The notes under the pieces were generated by a model. It was not told the origin of the DNA, did not search any database, and saw only the letters and a program-made list of their open reading frames with translations. Position numbers and translations under genes: made by a program. 64,000 bases of DNA from a virus (taxonomy: Duplodnaviria > Caudoviricetes). Location: the IMG/VR virus record IMGVR_UViG_3300032269_000703, positions 1 through 64,000 of that record; one strand, given 5' to 3'. Below, one piece after another: positions 18,414-27,616 of this stretch (the stretch's first letter is position 1; every line of letters begins with the position of its first letter).

Positions 18414-19155
18414 TGTTCCTTTTCTCTCGATCTAACTCTACTGCGAGAGCTTTATTTTCTGCCTGTAATGCGAACATACTCTCCATAAGGGTTTCAAGTA
18501 GATCTATGCCTACTTGTGCTGATCCTGAAACCTTGACTTCATAAACATTTGGATCATCATTGAAACTAAACCCACTTGCCACGAAGTCCGGATAGTCTAT
18601 TTTGCCAAACTCGACACGAATGTTGGTTGAAATAGTGAGAGCGTCTGGTTCTCCACCACCATACCAATTTGGTCTGCTGTCGTTTCCTTTCCACTCTGCG
18701 AACTTAGCCATAAAGTCCTGTATTGCTTTTTCCTTAGTTTTTAGATTTAGCTGGTGAGTGGTTTCCTGTGTGCGCCTGATCTTGTCTATCTTGCTCTGTA
18801 ATAGGTGGATCTCTTTTTCTATAAGTGCTTGCTTACCCCAAACCTTTTGATAGTCGCTATAAAGCCCTTTGATCCACCTGGTAGGAACTATGGCGTAATG
18901 CTCGTTAGAGCCGTCTAGGTCGGTTATTTTGGCTAATAGCCCTGATCCTGATCCAGCGCCTAGATTTGTTTGTTGTTTTGCTAACGATACTGGATCTAGC
19001 GCATTACCAAACCACCTAATCGGCTGGTATCGGTTGGTATCAACTAGAACTGCTTTCTTTGCCCAGCGTGGATTTGGATCTCCACTATAACTAGCCATAA
19101 CGAACTCGGCTGTTGGATCTGCCGTTGCTGCTTTTTTGATTTTGTTGTATTCCAT
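18403..19155 (-). CDS. Hypothetical protein
   Basis: 250 aa, AAGGA RBS. Confidence 0.6.
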   Translation of the reverse strand: MEYNKIKKAATADPTAEFVMASYSGDPNPRWAKKAVLVDTNRYQPIRWFGNALDPVSLAKQQTNLGAGSGSGLLAKITDLDGSNEHYAIVPTRWIKGLYSDYQKVWGKQALIEKEIHLLQSKIDKIRRTQETTHQLNLKTKEKAIQDFMAKFAEWKGNDSRPNWYGGGEPDALTISTNIRVEFGKIDYPDFVASGFSFNDDPNVYEVKVSGSAQVGIDLLETLMESMFALQAENKALAVELDREKRNNGN

Positions 19156-19166
19156 AGCTCTTTTCC

Positions 19167-21113
19167 TTACTTTGTTAGGTGTTTGGCGATAGCCATTTTG
19201 ACGATAGATTTTGCTAACCCGATCAAGTGGTCGGGGTGCTGAATGTGTGCCGAGATCATACTTTCGTGGCTTGTTTTTGGATCAAGATCATTACCGATAA
19301 GCGCTAGTGCTGTGATAACTCCTGAACTGCCTAATGTCGAAATGATTTGATCTGCGTTATCACTCTCTATTCCCCATTCGCCGTCTGTAATGGTGAATAG
19401 GATTTTTACATTCCTGCGTGAGTTGGCGAATACGCTCTGCGAATAGAGCAACGCTTCTACTGGATCAGTTCCCCCGTCTGCGCCAGCATCTCGAAGCTCA
19501 CTCTTTACCCTGTCTTGTGGTTCGTAAAGCATTTCGGCATAAGTGTTGTAAGTGATAACGGAACAATTAGCGCCGATAGCCTGTAAGCCCTGCTTGATCG
19601 CAAACATAGACTTATAGGCGCTTACTGCCTTAGATCCAGACATAGACCCGGAGTTGTCTAACAAGATTACGGCTTCGAGATCCGTTGCTTCATCTTGTCC
19701 GTCATACCATTCGTCAAATGTGGTTTCTATGTCCTTTTCGGTTAGGTATCTGCTGGCGTTGATTTTTCCACTATCTAGGCGTGTTCGCCAGTTAGGTTCG
19801 AGATCAGTTCTAATGCGTTCTAGTTCAATTCCAAACTGCTTACCTGCCGCAAGTGTTCGGGTATCTACTTGCCTAGTGGTGTATCTAGCTCGTTTTGGTC
19901 TATCAACCTTTATGTCCTGTAAAGATAGATCATTCTTGAAGTCCCGAATGTCCTTAGTGATTTCGGTTTTTACTTTTTCGAGATCTTTCTGCCATTGGTC
20001 AAGAATGGTGTCTTTCAACATTGGATCTAAATACTTTGGATCGTGTTTTGAAGCGCCATTTGTATCATCTTTATTTGGATCTGGATCTCCCTTGTCCTGA
20101 TCCTTTTTGTTGCTCTTTTGTGAGTTTGGGGTTTGTCCCTGTTTCTGTCCCTGCCCTTGTTCCTGCTCTGGTGTAGGTGTAGGCGAAGTTGGCATAGGGA
20201 ACTTACAACCTGTTTGGTTTTGTGGTTCTGGTTCTGGCTGATCGCCTGGCTTCGGTGGTGCGCTCTGGTTAGTTCCCTTAGTGTTTGTTTCATTACGCTT
20301 GGTTGCGCCGTTTTTAGCGTGTTCCTGATCCTTTATTGGTAGTGGTCGGCTGGCACTAGGTTCTAGTTCATCACTAGGTCTAGTTTCGTGTCCGTTAGGT
20401 GTTGGGATTTTGCCGCAACCTGTTCCAGTTTTCATTTCGCCTAATAGCTCTTGAAGTCTGCGAAGTATGTCTAATGCTCGAAGTATGGTTTGATCGTCAT
20501 TCCATACCATTACTCGGTATTCGTCTAGTAGTGCCTGGATCTCGTCTATGTGTTGTGGTTGAGCATAAACATCTTGAAGCGCCTGTCTAACTGCTACTGG
20601 TAGATACTTGCGACCTGCGACCACCGGAAATTGTGTTGATAGATCGAGATCAGGTGTGAGCAAGTGTCTAAACACGCTGGCATTGAGCCACGCTGTAATG
20701 TTTGTGCCGAACCTGCCGATCAGTAGTGTTTCAATTCGGCTATCTTCTGCTATCGAATACGCTTCCGTAAGGTTTTCTTTGTTGATAATTCTCTTGAATG
20801 ATGATCCATTCCTAGCGCTAAATAGAATGTGGCAGATTTCGTGAAGTGTAAGTCCTTTGAGCGCCATAGCTTTTTTAGGATCAGTAATGTCTGTTAGGTG
20901 ATTAGCTGAATACACGATAGTTCTGCTTGTTGCGACTACTGGGGCAACGCCGAATGGCACGACTAGGCAATTTACGCTTCTAAGCGTGATTACGCTGGCG
21001 TATTTGCTGAATACCTGACTAACTCTCTCTATGCGATCTAACGCTTTCTGCTGTTCTGTTCTGGCGTGGATAGTCCATTTCACGCTGTCTTGATCATCTG
21101 GCAATAACATCAT
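19167..21113 (-). CDS. CobT-like protein: HExxH domain, low-complexity linker, C-terminal vWA domain
   Basis: LHEICH and AEDSRIE; MIDAS motif LLDNSGSM...GGT...ITDGE. Confidence 0.85.
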   Translation of the reverse strand: MMLLPDDQDSVKWTIHARTEQQKALDRIERVSQVFSKYASVITLRSVNCLVVPFGVAPVVATSRTIVYSANHLTDITDPKKAMALKGLTLHEICHILFSARNGSSFKRIINKENLTEAYSIAEDSRIETLLIGRFGTNITAWLNASVFRHLLTPDLDLSTQFPVVAGRKYLPVAVRQALQDVYAQPQHIDEIQALLDEYRVMVWNDDQTILRALDILRRLQELLGEMKTGTGCGKIPTPNGHETRPSDELEPSASRPLPIKDQEHAKNGATKRNETNTKGTNQSAPPKPGDQPEPEPQNQTGCKFPMPTSPTPTPEQEQGQGQKQGQTPNSQKSNKKDQDKGDPDPNKDDTNGASKHDPKYLDPMLKDTILDQWQKDLEKVKTEITKDIRDFKNDLSLQDIKVDRPKRARYTTRQVDTRTLAAGKQFGIELERIRTDLEPNWRTRLDSGKINASRYLTEKDIETTFDEWYDGQDEATDLEAVILLDNSGSMSGSKAVSAYKSMFAIKQGLQAIGANCSVITYNTYAEMLYEPQDRVKSELRDAGADGGTDPVEALLYSQSVFANSRRNVKILFTITDGEWGIESDNADQIISTLGSSGVITALALIGNDLDPKTSHESMISAHIQHPDHLIGLAKSIVKMAIAKHLTK

Positions 21114-21171
21114 TTTTGTTTTCCTGTTCTATGACTTGTTTTGGTTGTAAATAAATTGGATCAGGGCAAGT

Positions 21172-21197
21172 AAAGGGGAATGTTGCCATTCCCCTTT
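21172..21197 (-). terminator. Hairpin / putative terminator between AAA and vWA genes
   Basis: AAAGGGGAATG-TTGC-CATTCCCCTTT. Confidence 0.55.
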
Positions 21198-21228
21198 TCC
21201 TGCTCTCTCTGCTCGGTGTTGGGCAGAA

Positions 21229-22119
21229 TTAGACTTCGTAATCGCCTAGTTCGATTTCTAGTTCATCACTAATGCGCTGTGAGTAAGTCGCAAGCAACAT
21301 AGATACGCTCTGGCGTTCATCTGTCGGGAAGTTTTGAACGAAGTTATAGACGGCGAACCTGAAACTTAGTCCCTTAGCCGTCTGGACAAACTCCTTGATC
21401 AAGCGTGTTGAAATTGGTGTGCTGAACTTGTTTTCGTTGCGAGCAAGCTCTCTCATAGCCTTAGCCAGTTCAAGCAAACTATCACTTGGAATAAAGTTGC
21501 GCTCTAAGATCTCGTCATACTCGAACTCGACCTTTATTGCGTATCTGTCCATAAACGCTTGATCAGGCTTGATTACGCCACGATAATCAAGGTTGGCATC
21601 AGCAATAATCAGGCAGTTTTTATGAACCTTGATTTTCTCGTTTAGGTGTGTGTCCAGCGTGAGTTCTCTCTCTTGGAGAATACGCAGGAATAGAGCATTA
21701 GCCTTAGCGCTCATTCGGGTTGCTTCGTTCAATAGAACTACGCTCTCCTGACCTAGTGCTGTTGCGAGTTCGCTGTTGTGCCAGGCTAGTTGATCACCTT
21801 GTCCAGTTGGCACGAAACCACCTTGAACAATACGAGAGTTCATCTCGGCATTACATTCGACAATAGCTAGTGGTAGTCCCCTAGTTGCTGAATACCACTC
21901 TGCCGTGCTGCTTTTTCCTGTTCCTGCTTCACCAGTAATCATTACGGCTTTTTGATTAGCCCTTGCGTAATCAAGAATGACCCCGATCTGCTGACCTTCG
22001 ATTTCTCTTGGAAAATGTCCTGCCACTTCCGGATCTGTCGGCTGTGGTCGGCGTAGAGTTGCCCATTCCTTACCTGTAAAGGTCGGTGTAAGTGGCTCTA
22101 ACTGGATTTGAATTGCCAT
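21229..22119 (-). CDS. MoxR/CobS/NorQ-type AAA+ ATPase
   Basis: Walker A GEAGTGKS, Walker B VLLNE, and DQAFMDRY and ISTR motifs; partner of the vWA gene. Confidence 0.85.
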   Translation of the reverse strand: MAIQIQLEPLTPTFTGKEWATLRRPQPTDPEVAGHFPREIEGQQIGVILDYARANQKAVMITGEAGTGKSSTAEWYSATRGLPLAIVECNAEMNSRIVQGGFVPTGQGDQLAWHNSELATALGQESVVLLNEATRMSAKANALFLRILQERELTLDTHLNEKIKVHKNCLIIADANLDYRGVIKPDQAFMDRYAIKVEFEYDEILERNFIPSDSLLELAKAMRELARNENKFSTPISTRLIKEFVQTAKGLSFRFAVYNFVQNFPTDERQSVSMLLATYSQRISDELEIELGDYEV

Positions 22120-22163
22120 TGGCGTTATTCCTTAGTTCTAATTGGATAACTAACTTTTGTTAG

Positions 22164-22213
22164 TCGTGAGTAGTCGGGAATTGAACCCGAATAACTGCCC
22201 CCAGGCACTACCC
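22164..22213 (-). ncRNA. Miniature tRNA-like RNA (acceptor stem plus T-arm, no anticodon arm)
   Basis: GGGTAGT/ACTACTC acceptor stem; TCGGG-TTCAATT-CCCGA T-arm; small GCC-TGGG-GGC hairpin; 3' ACGA. Confidence 0.6.
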
Positions 22214-22223
22214 TTTTTTGGAT

Positions 22224-22952
22224 CTAGCAACACTCACATTCGGCGCAAGTGTCGCAATAGGCGTGTGGTGGATAGCTACATTCATCAGGATCATCACAAG
22301 GTTCATCAAGATCATCTAAATCGTAATGAACATAATTACATTGGCAACTATCACCACAACAAGCCGAGCAACTATCGCAAACACATTCGAGCTGATCTCT
22401 AAACGAATTGGCAAGCGATTTGATCTGCTGGCTATCTCTCATTAGGTCGGCGAGAAATTGTTGCTGTTCGTTTAGTGCCGATCTGTCGAACTGCCGCATT
22501 TGAACCCACTCCAACGCCTTTACTGGAACATAGTGAGCGCAAGAAAACACTTTGGCATAGAGTTCTGGCAATTGGATCAGGTAGCGCACAAAATTATTGA
22601 AACCCCACGCCCACTTCTCTACCACTTCAAGTTCGATCAGGCTGTTTCGATTAGCACTTGGCGCATAAGTAATAATTGCGCCTATCTGGTCGTAGTGTTC
22701 CTTGATCCCAACTAACGCAAATGCGAAATACCTATTACTCAATAAATAGGTATTCTCTGGCGCTTCACTTTTAGCTAACTGGATCAGGTATTCGGTCTGG
22801 CTCTGTAAGTGATCTAATGTTCTCGCAGTTAGAGAATTGACCATTTCAGCGCCATTCGATAACCCTGCCTGATAGAAATACTTGCTCTGTTGTTCAGTAA
22901 GAAGTTCGGTGTTTTCTCGAACATACGCTAGATCATCATCAGCCATACCCAT
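22224..22952 (-). CDS. Hypothetical protein with Cys-rich, acidic C-terminus
   Basis: About 14 Cys in the last 55 aa; GGGAG RBS. Confidence 0.55.
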   Translation of the reverse strand: MGMADDDLAYVRENTELLTEQQSKYFYQAGLSNGAEMVNSLTARTLDHLQSQTEYLIQLAKSEAPENTYLLSNRYFAFALVGIKEHYDQIGAIITYAPSANRNSLIELEVVEKWAWGFNNFVRYLIQLPELYAKVFSCAHYVPVKALEWVQMRQFDRSALNEQQQFLADLMRDSQQIKSLANSFRDQLECVCDSCSACCGDSCQCNYVHYDLDDLDEPCDDPDECSYPPHAYCDTCAECECC

Positions 22953-22971
22953 TTTTTACTCCCTGCTGCTT

Positions 22972-23364
22972 TTAGTGGTCGTGATCGCAGTTATCATCAT
23001 CATCATCATCACAAGATCCGTCTTGTTTGGCTAGATCGTGAAGTTCGCCGAGCTTAGATTTGATCCCTAACAGAACATCTTGTTTCTGCTTCCAATCTTT
23101 CAACTCGTTTGGATCTTTCTCCATTAGTAATGCCATAGCGCACATCTGGAATAACATTCGATTTGCCGAATTGAGAGCGTGAAGTTCCTCGTGAGATAGC
23201 GACATAGGGAACTCTCTAAGGTTGCCAGCGCCGTCTTTTTCCATACCTGCTTCTCTCGCTTCTTTTTCCTGTCGTTCCTGTTCCTGTTGGATCAGTTTGG
23301 CAAGTTCAGCGTTTAGGAATTGTAGATCGCCGTCTGTCTGCTTCTGTTCTGGTTGCTCGTTCAT
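22972..23364 (-). CDS. Hypothetical acidic protein
   Basis: Likely start MNEQP at 23364, coupled to the upstream stop. Confidence 0.5.
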   Translation of the reverse strand: MNEQPEQKQTDGDLQFLNAELAKLIQQEQERQEKEAREAGMEKDGAGNLREFPMSLSHEELHALNSANRMLFQMCAMALLMEKDPNELKDWKQKQDVLLGIKSKLGELHDLAKQDGSCDDDDDDNCDHDH

Positions 23365-23870
23365 TACTCCCACTCCCCAGCCCACTCGTCATTACGGATC
23401 ATTTGCTCGTTGATCTGTGTTGGCATAGGCATTGAACCGGAGATAGCCCAGTTCTCGTTCAGTTGGTCGTAATCGTGATCAGCAAGGTTATCCAGATCAG
23501 CAAGGGGACAGAACTCACTCTCGCACTCGTGATCTAACGCTTGGTTTCTGTGGCGCTCAATAGCTCGAAACTCCACAACTACCCTTGCCAGGATCATCTC
23601 TGCTGTCTTGCGAATGGTGTCTGTGCCTAGCTCTGCCAGAATGTCGTTGCCAGCAAGGTTTTCCATTCGATCCAGAATGTCGGCGATCCTGTAAGCGGCT
23701 AATTCTTGAACTTCTCTTGCTTCGTGGCAGGTTGGTTCGCCGAACTCTGCTGTTTGCTCATTCAGGTAATCAGTTTTTAGATCGCACATTAGCAATAAGT
23801 TCCCTGAACTGGTCGGGTATTCATTATCCAAATACTCGGTTATTGTTTCGTAGCCCTGTCGGTCTATCAT
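23364..23870 (-). CDS. Hypothetical acidic protein
   Basis: 168 aa, AGGAG RBS. Confidence 0.55.
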   Translation of the reverse strand: MIDRQGYETITEYLDNEYPTSSGNLLLMCDLKTDYLNEQTAEFGEPTCHEAREVQELAAYRIADILDRMENLAGNDILAELGTDTIRKTAEMILARVVVEFRAIERHRNQALDHECESEFCPLADLDNLADHDYDQLNENWAISGSMPMPTQINEQMIRNDEWAGEWE

Positions 23871-24086
23871 TTTCTATCACTCCTAATCGGGTTGAGTTCT
23901 CGGCAGGTTTGCCGATTAGTAAGACACTAAAACACGCTAGGGACATTTAGGCAGGGTTTCTCTGGATCTGGCAGGTGTTTATTTATAGTTTCTATCTCTG
24001 CGCTTCTACAAGCCAATAAATAGCGTTTTAGCCCTGATCTGGATCTAAGTGCTGCGAAGCTCTGGCAGATCACCAACTCCGGGTAT

Positions 24087-24132
24087 AAAAAAGCCCCTTG
24101 CCTACTAATTAGGGGAATAGGCAAGGGGACTT
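24087..24132 (-). terminator. Intrinsic terminator (minus strand)
   Basis: CCCCTTGCCTA/TAGGCAAGGGG stem with an A6 run on the left (U-tract on the minus strand). Confidence 0.75.
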
Positions 24133-24206
24133 CAAGTAGTAGTCGAATGTGTCGTTATCTGCTCATAGGCACTCGTTTCTGTTGATGGACAAGGATCAGT
24201 ATAGGA

Positions 24207-24554
24207 CTAACTGCCGAGATCAGGAATAAGGTCGAGATCCTGCTCGTCTAGCAAATGGACAAAATGATCTAGCCAGCGTATAGCGTGGATCGGGTTATCG
24301 GCGAACACTACTAACGCTTTACCTAGTAGATCCAACTCCAAATACCCTAAGTTCTCTGGTGGAACATAGTCATAAGGTAGAAGCCCTTGTTGATCGTGAT
24401 AGTTGATCAGGTAGATAAAGCCGTGTAATGGACTAGCGCTGTTCGGCGTAGCTGTGTGGTGTTCGTATAGGCGAGCAAGTGGCGCAAGCGCTAGTGGCGT
24501 TTCAGTTAGGAAATCATCTAAATCGTCAAATTGAGCAAACATCTTTATTTCCAC
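24207..24554 (-). CDS. Hypothetical protein
   Basis: 115 aa. Confidence 0.5.
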   Translation of the reverse strand: MEIKMFAQFDDLDDFLTETPLALAPLARLYEHHTATPNSASPLHGFIYLINYHDQQGLLPYDYVPPENLGYLELDLLGKALVVFADNPIHAIRWLDHFVHLLDEQDLDLIPDLGS

Positions 24555-24769
24555 TTCTTACCGAGAGCAACCAACATAACATTCGGCGAAACTCGCAAAA
24601 TACGGCATAGATCAGCAAGCGTGTCTGCTGGTATCTCTCGTTGCTGGTGGAAATACCTAGACAAACTCGACTTCTGGAAGCCTGTGTATAGGCAGAACTG
24701 ATTTAGGGACTTGAAGCCCTGTTTCTGGTAGCGATCTACGAACCAAGCGTAAGTTTGATCAGGTTTCAT
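24545..24769 (-). CDS. XRE-family HTH protein
   Basis: SLNQFCLYTGFQKSSLSRYF...EIPADTLADLCRILRVSP; probable start MKPDQ. Confidence 0.7.
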   Translation of the reverse strand: MKPDQTYAWFVDRYQKQGFKSLNQFCLYTGFQKSSLSRYFHQQREIPADTLADLCRILRVSPNVMLVALGKKWK

Positions 24770-25116
24770 CTCTGGCAACCACACTCTCGGCTCTTGAAGG
24801 TATCGAGAAGCGCCCATTCGTTCAGGCGAAGCGTGAATAGGAACTGGCGATCAGTATCTAGGTTTCGCACCTGGAAGCAACTCCAAATGAGCTGTTCGCC
24901 TTGCTGGAATGACCAGACAACACTCACGATCTCTAATGTTGCGCCGTTCTTCATTACGCTATCGCCAACAACTAGGTTGTGCGCTTGTCTTGCTATGTAT
25001 CGGGAATGAGCGTGATCCCCGACATTTGGATCTAATAGTTTCACTTGAAACTCCTTGATTAGTTGGAATACCTGCCAAGTGGCAAGTGGATAAATACTAA
25101 CTCCAAATAGGCACAA
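24766..25116 (-). CDS. Hypothetical protein (start uncertain)
   Basis: ORF; AAGGAG before VKLLDP suggests an internal GTG start. Confidence 0.4.
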   Translation of the reverse strand: MCLFGVSIYPLATWQVFQLIKEFQVKLLDPNVGDHAHSRYIARQAHNLVVGDSVMKNGATLEIVSVVWSFQQGEQLIWSCFQVRNLDTDRQFLFTLRLNEWALLDTFKSRECGCQR

Positions 25117-25203
25117 AACACCACAATTCGCAGCAACACTCCAAGCTCACACCAGCAACAGAATAAAAATAAAACGCCAAGTATGAAGTCCCCTAGACAT
25201 AGA

Positions 25204-25733
25204 GATCCAGATAGAGAGAGAGAGATAACACTCAATAGATCCAGATCCAGATCTAAACCAAACTCCGGGCATTAGATCACACCAACACCGGAGATCCTGG
25301 CACTAAACCTGATCCAACTGAGAGCTGATCTAAATAGCCTGGAACACCGGAGATCGGCAGCAATAGTTCGAGATCCACTCGCCCAGGCACTAGCTATGGA
25401 TCTAATACCTGATAACGGCAACCCTGATCTAACGCTGACCTGATCACACTAGCCGTCAAGCCCTAGTGATCATTCGGCAGTAGCCTAAACGGCTCGTAGA
25501 AGCCCTTATTTGCCTAACCCTAACTATCTATCCATTCCCCTATTCAAGCCCTACACGACCCCGTAGAAGCCGTATTTGACCATAGAGCAGATAAACGGCG
25601 TGTCTAACCCCTAAATAGCCGTAGATCCGTATAATCCACGATCTCGGCGTGTCGCAATTTGACTATTTAGATCCATAGAGCTAAACTACGCCATCACCAG
25701 ATCTAAGCGTTATCAAATAGTTATGTAGAGATC
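25204..25733. repeat. Noncoding block with a dense GATC cluster
   Basis: 19 GATC counted in about 530 bp (14 within 25204-25471); AACACCGGAGATC occurs twice. Confidence 0.8.
25645..25687 (+). promoter_or_regulatory. Sigma70/SigA-type promoter 1 with upstream CGGCGTGTCG box
   Basis: TTGACT (25659) - 17 bp - TAAACT (25682). Confidence 0.6.
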
Positions 25734-25773
25734 GGCGTGTCGATTTGACTAATGCCACCGGTTATGGTAAGGT
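25733..25773 (+). promoter_or_regulatory. Sigma70/SigA-type promoter 2 with upstream CGGCGTGTCG box
   Basis: TTGACT (25745) - 17 bp - TAAGGT (25768), with a TGn extended -10. Confidence 0.6.
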
Positions 25774-25845
25774 GCGAGCAGGTCTGCCCAGGAGAAATCC
25801 ACGCTTGGTACCCATAAAGTTAGGCAGTAGCCTATAATGAGCTTT

Positions 25846-26349
25846 ATGAGCAAAAATGCAAATTTTAAACATGGGTCGCAAACGCTTGTTACACCTACAG
25901 AGCTAAAAAAGCTCGCTAAGTCGTTGCTAGATCCTGAGCACGAAGAGTTTGGTGAGCCAGGCAGTAAGTATCAGGACAGTAACCACCTATACTGGCAGAA
26001 TAGCACTAGGTGGGGTGCTGCCGGTGAGTGTGAGAACACCTCTAGATGGATACACCCGTATCTACCACAGGGCTCTCAGATAGTCAATATGGACAACTCT
26101 AAAGAAGATTCTTGGGTTGATGAGGACGGACAGAGAAGAACTGCCTCAATAGGCAACCACTACGTAACTGTTGTTCCTACTACAGAAGGTCCACACGTAG
26201 TAGACTTTACTCATAGACAGTTTCATAGCACCGCAGAATTTCCTATAGTACAACATATTAACGATTTTATGAAGAGAGCGTCTATGAAAGGCTACATTTT
26301 AGACCAAGAGCAGCTTTCTCCTACACTTAAAGAGAACTTAGGCGAATAA
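25846..26349 (+). CDS. Papain/transglutaminase-like Cys-His-Asp enzyme
   Basis: AAGECENTS...GNHYVTVV...VVDFTHRQF; leader MSKNANF. Confidence 0.6.
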   Translation: MSKNANFKHGSQTLVTPTELKKLAKSLLDPEHEEFGEPGSKYQDSNHLYWQNSTRWGAAGECENTSRWIHPYLPQGSQIVNMDNSKEDSWVDEDGQRRTASIGNHYVTVVPTTEGPHVVDFTHRQFHSTAEFPIVQHINDFMKRASMKGYILDQEQLSPTLKENLGE

Positions 26350-26759
26350 TGGATATACCTAGACAGTTTCAACACCTATTTTTTCATGTAAGCCCTAGAA
26401 GTAACCGCGAAAGCATAGAATCTAAGGGTCTACAGGCTAATGACGCCTATAATGACCAAACAGATACTTCTAATGGTATTGGCGTGTTTGTTTCTCATGA
26501 ACCTGATACATCTTTTGGCGATGACATTTATGGCATTGAAAACCCTCCTACAGGTAGAAAAGCCACAATTTCATTCATGGGAAGAACTCGTGAGTATGAT
26601 GAAGGCAAACATGACCTAGAAGATGCTCTTGATACTGAGGGTGTGTTTATACCCCATGATGTTCCTACCAGTGATTTTAAGCGAATAGGTCACGTATTCA
26701 TGAATAATGGACACCCAGAGATCCACTGGCATAAAGAAGAAGAGTGTCCTAATGGGTAG
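26349..26759 (+). CDS. ADP-ribosyltransferase-like protein (His-type)
   Basis: FFHVSPRSNRESIESKGL...GVFVS...FGDDIY; leader MDIPRQF. Confidence 0.6.
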   Translation: MDIPRQFQHLFFHVSPRSNRESIESKGLQANDAYNDQTDTSNGIGVFVSHEPDTSFGDDIYGIENPPTGRKATISFMGRTREYDEGKHDLEDALDTEGVFIPHDVPTSDFKRIGHVFMNNGHPEIHWHKEEECPNG

Positions 26760-27159
26760 AACTAATGGAGAGTTTCAAAATGGAACTGGAAAAGTCATGG
26801 TTGGATACCATGTGTCGTCTAATAGTAATAGAGATAGTATAGAAAAAACCGGATTGGTATCTAGCTGGGTAGGCAATGATCGTAGGGCTAAAGCTACTAA
26901 AGGTGTATTTTTTAGTACAGATAAAGAGTACTTGGATGATTTTGGCGGGGTTAAAAGTGACATTTGGAAAGTAACAGTTCCTATTGCCGGAATAGAAGAA
27001 GATTCTCATAAAGAAAATGCCTTTTACTCTAAAGATGATATACCACGTAGAAATGTTGAACGGGTAGGTCATTTTACAAAAGCTCCTGAATCAGACAATA
27101 AATTTGCTCCTTATTTAGAAATACATTGGCATAAAGAGGAGGACTGCCCTAATGAGTAA
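26752..27159 (+). CDS. ADP-ribosyltransferase-like protein, paralog of 26349
   Basis: GYHVSSNSNRDSIEKTGL...GVFFS...DIWKV; shared C-terminus GH...EIHWHKEE.CPN; leader MGRTNGEF. Confidence 0.6.
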   Translation: MGRTNGEFQNGTGKVMVGYHVSSNSNRDSIEKTGLVSSWVGNDRRAKATKGVFFSTDKEYLDDFGGVKSDIWKVTVPIAGIEEDSHKENAFYSKDDIPRRNVERVGHFTKAPESDNKFAPYLEIHWHKEEDCPNE

Positions 27160-27616
27160 TGAAGAAGACGAGTTTGACTATAGTTCAGCTATTACAAACC
27201 CTGAATACTATAAGCATGAAGATGATGGACCACAGGTACCAATGACAGGTCGTGTGGCTAGATTGCATAACATAACCTATGTACCTATGTCTGACGATGA
27301 GATTATAAATCATGAAAATGAAAATTTTAGTGAGCTAGACCCTGAAACCTGGGAATATCCTAATGAAAAAGAAAAGTTATTAGATAGAAATACGCCTTTG
27401 TTTAGCAAACAATCACATTTTGGCACACAGGGCATTAGGCACTATATAGACAATCCGGATGTACTTGCTGATCGTTACACTGATTATCCTACACCAGTAG
27501 TGTACACAGGTAAAGATGGTAAGATGTGGATACACAATGGGCATCACAGGATTATATCTTCTCGCCTACGTGGAGAACAATCTATCAAAGTAATTGACCG
27601 TGGAGTAAGAGCCTAA
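27152..27616 (+). CDS. ParB/Sulfiredoxin-like domain protein
   Basis: PVVYTGKDGKMWIHNGHHRIISSRLRGEQSIKV. Confidence 0.7.
   Translation: MSNEEDEFDYSSAITNPEYYKHEDDGPQVPMTGRVARLHNITYVPMSDDEIINHENENFSELDPETWEYPNEKEKLLDRNTPLFSKQSHFGTQGIRHYIDNPDVLADRYTDYPTPVVYTGKDGKMWIHNGHHRIISSRLRGEQSIKVIDRGVRA

Noticed and set aside
22164-22213. Canonical tRNA gene or attP site
   Set aside because: No anticodon arm and no integrase in the window; kept only as a tRNA-like element.
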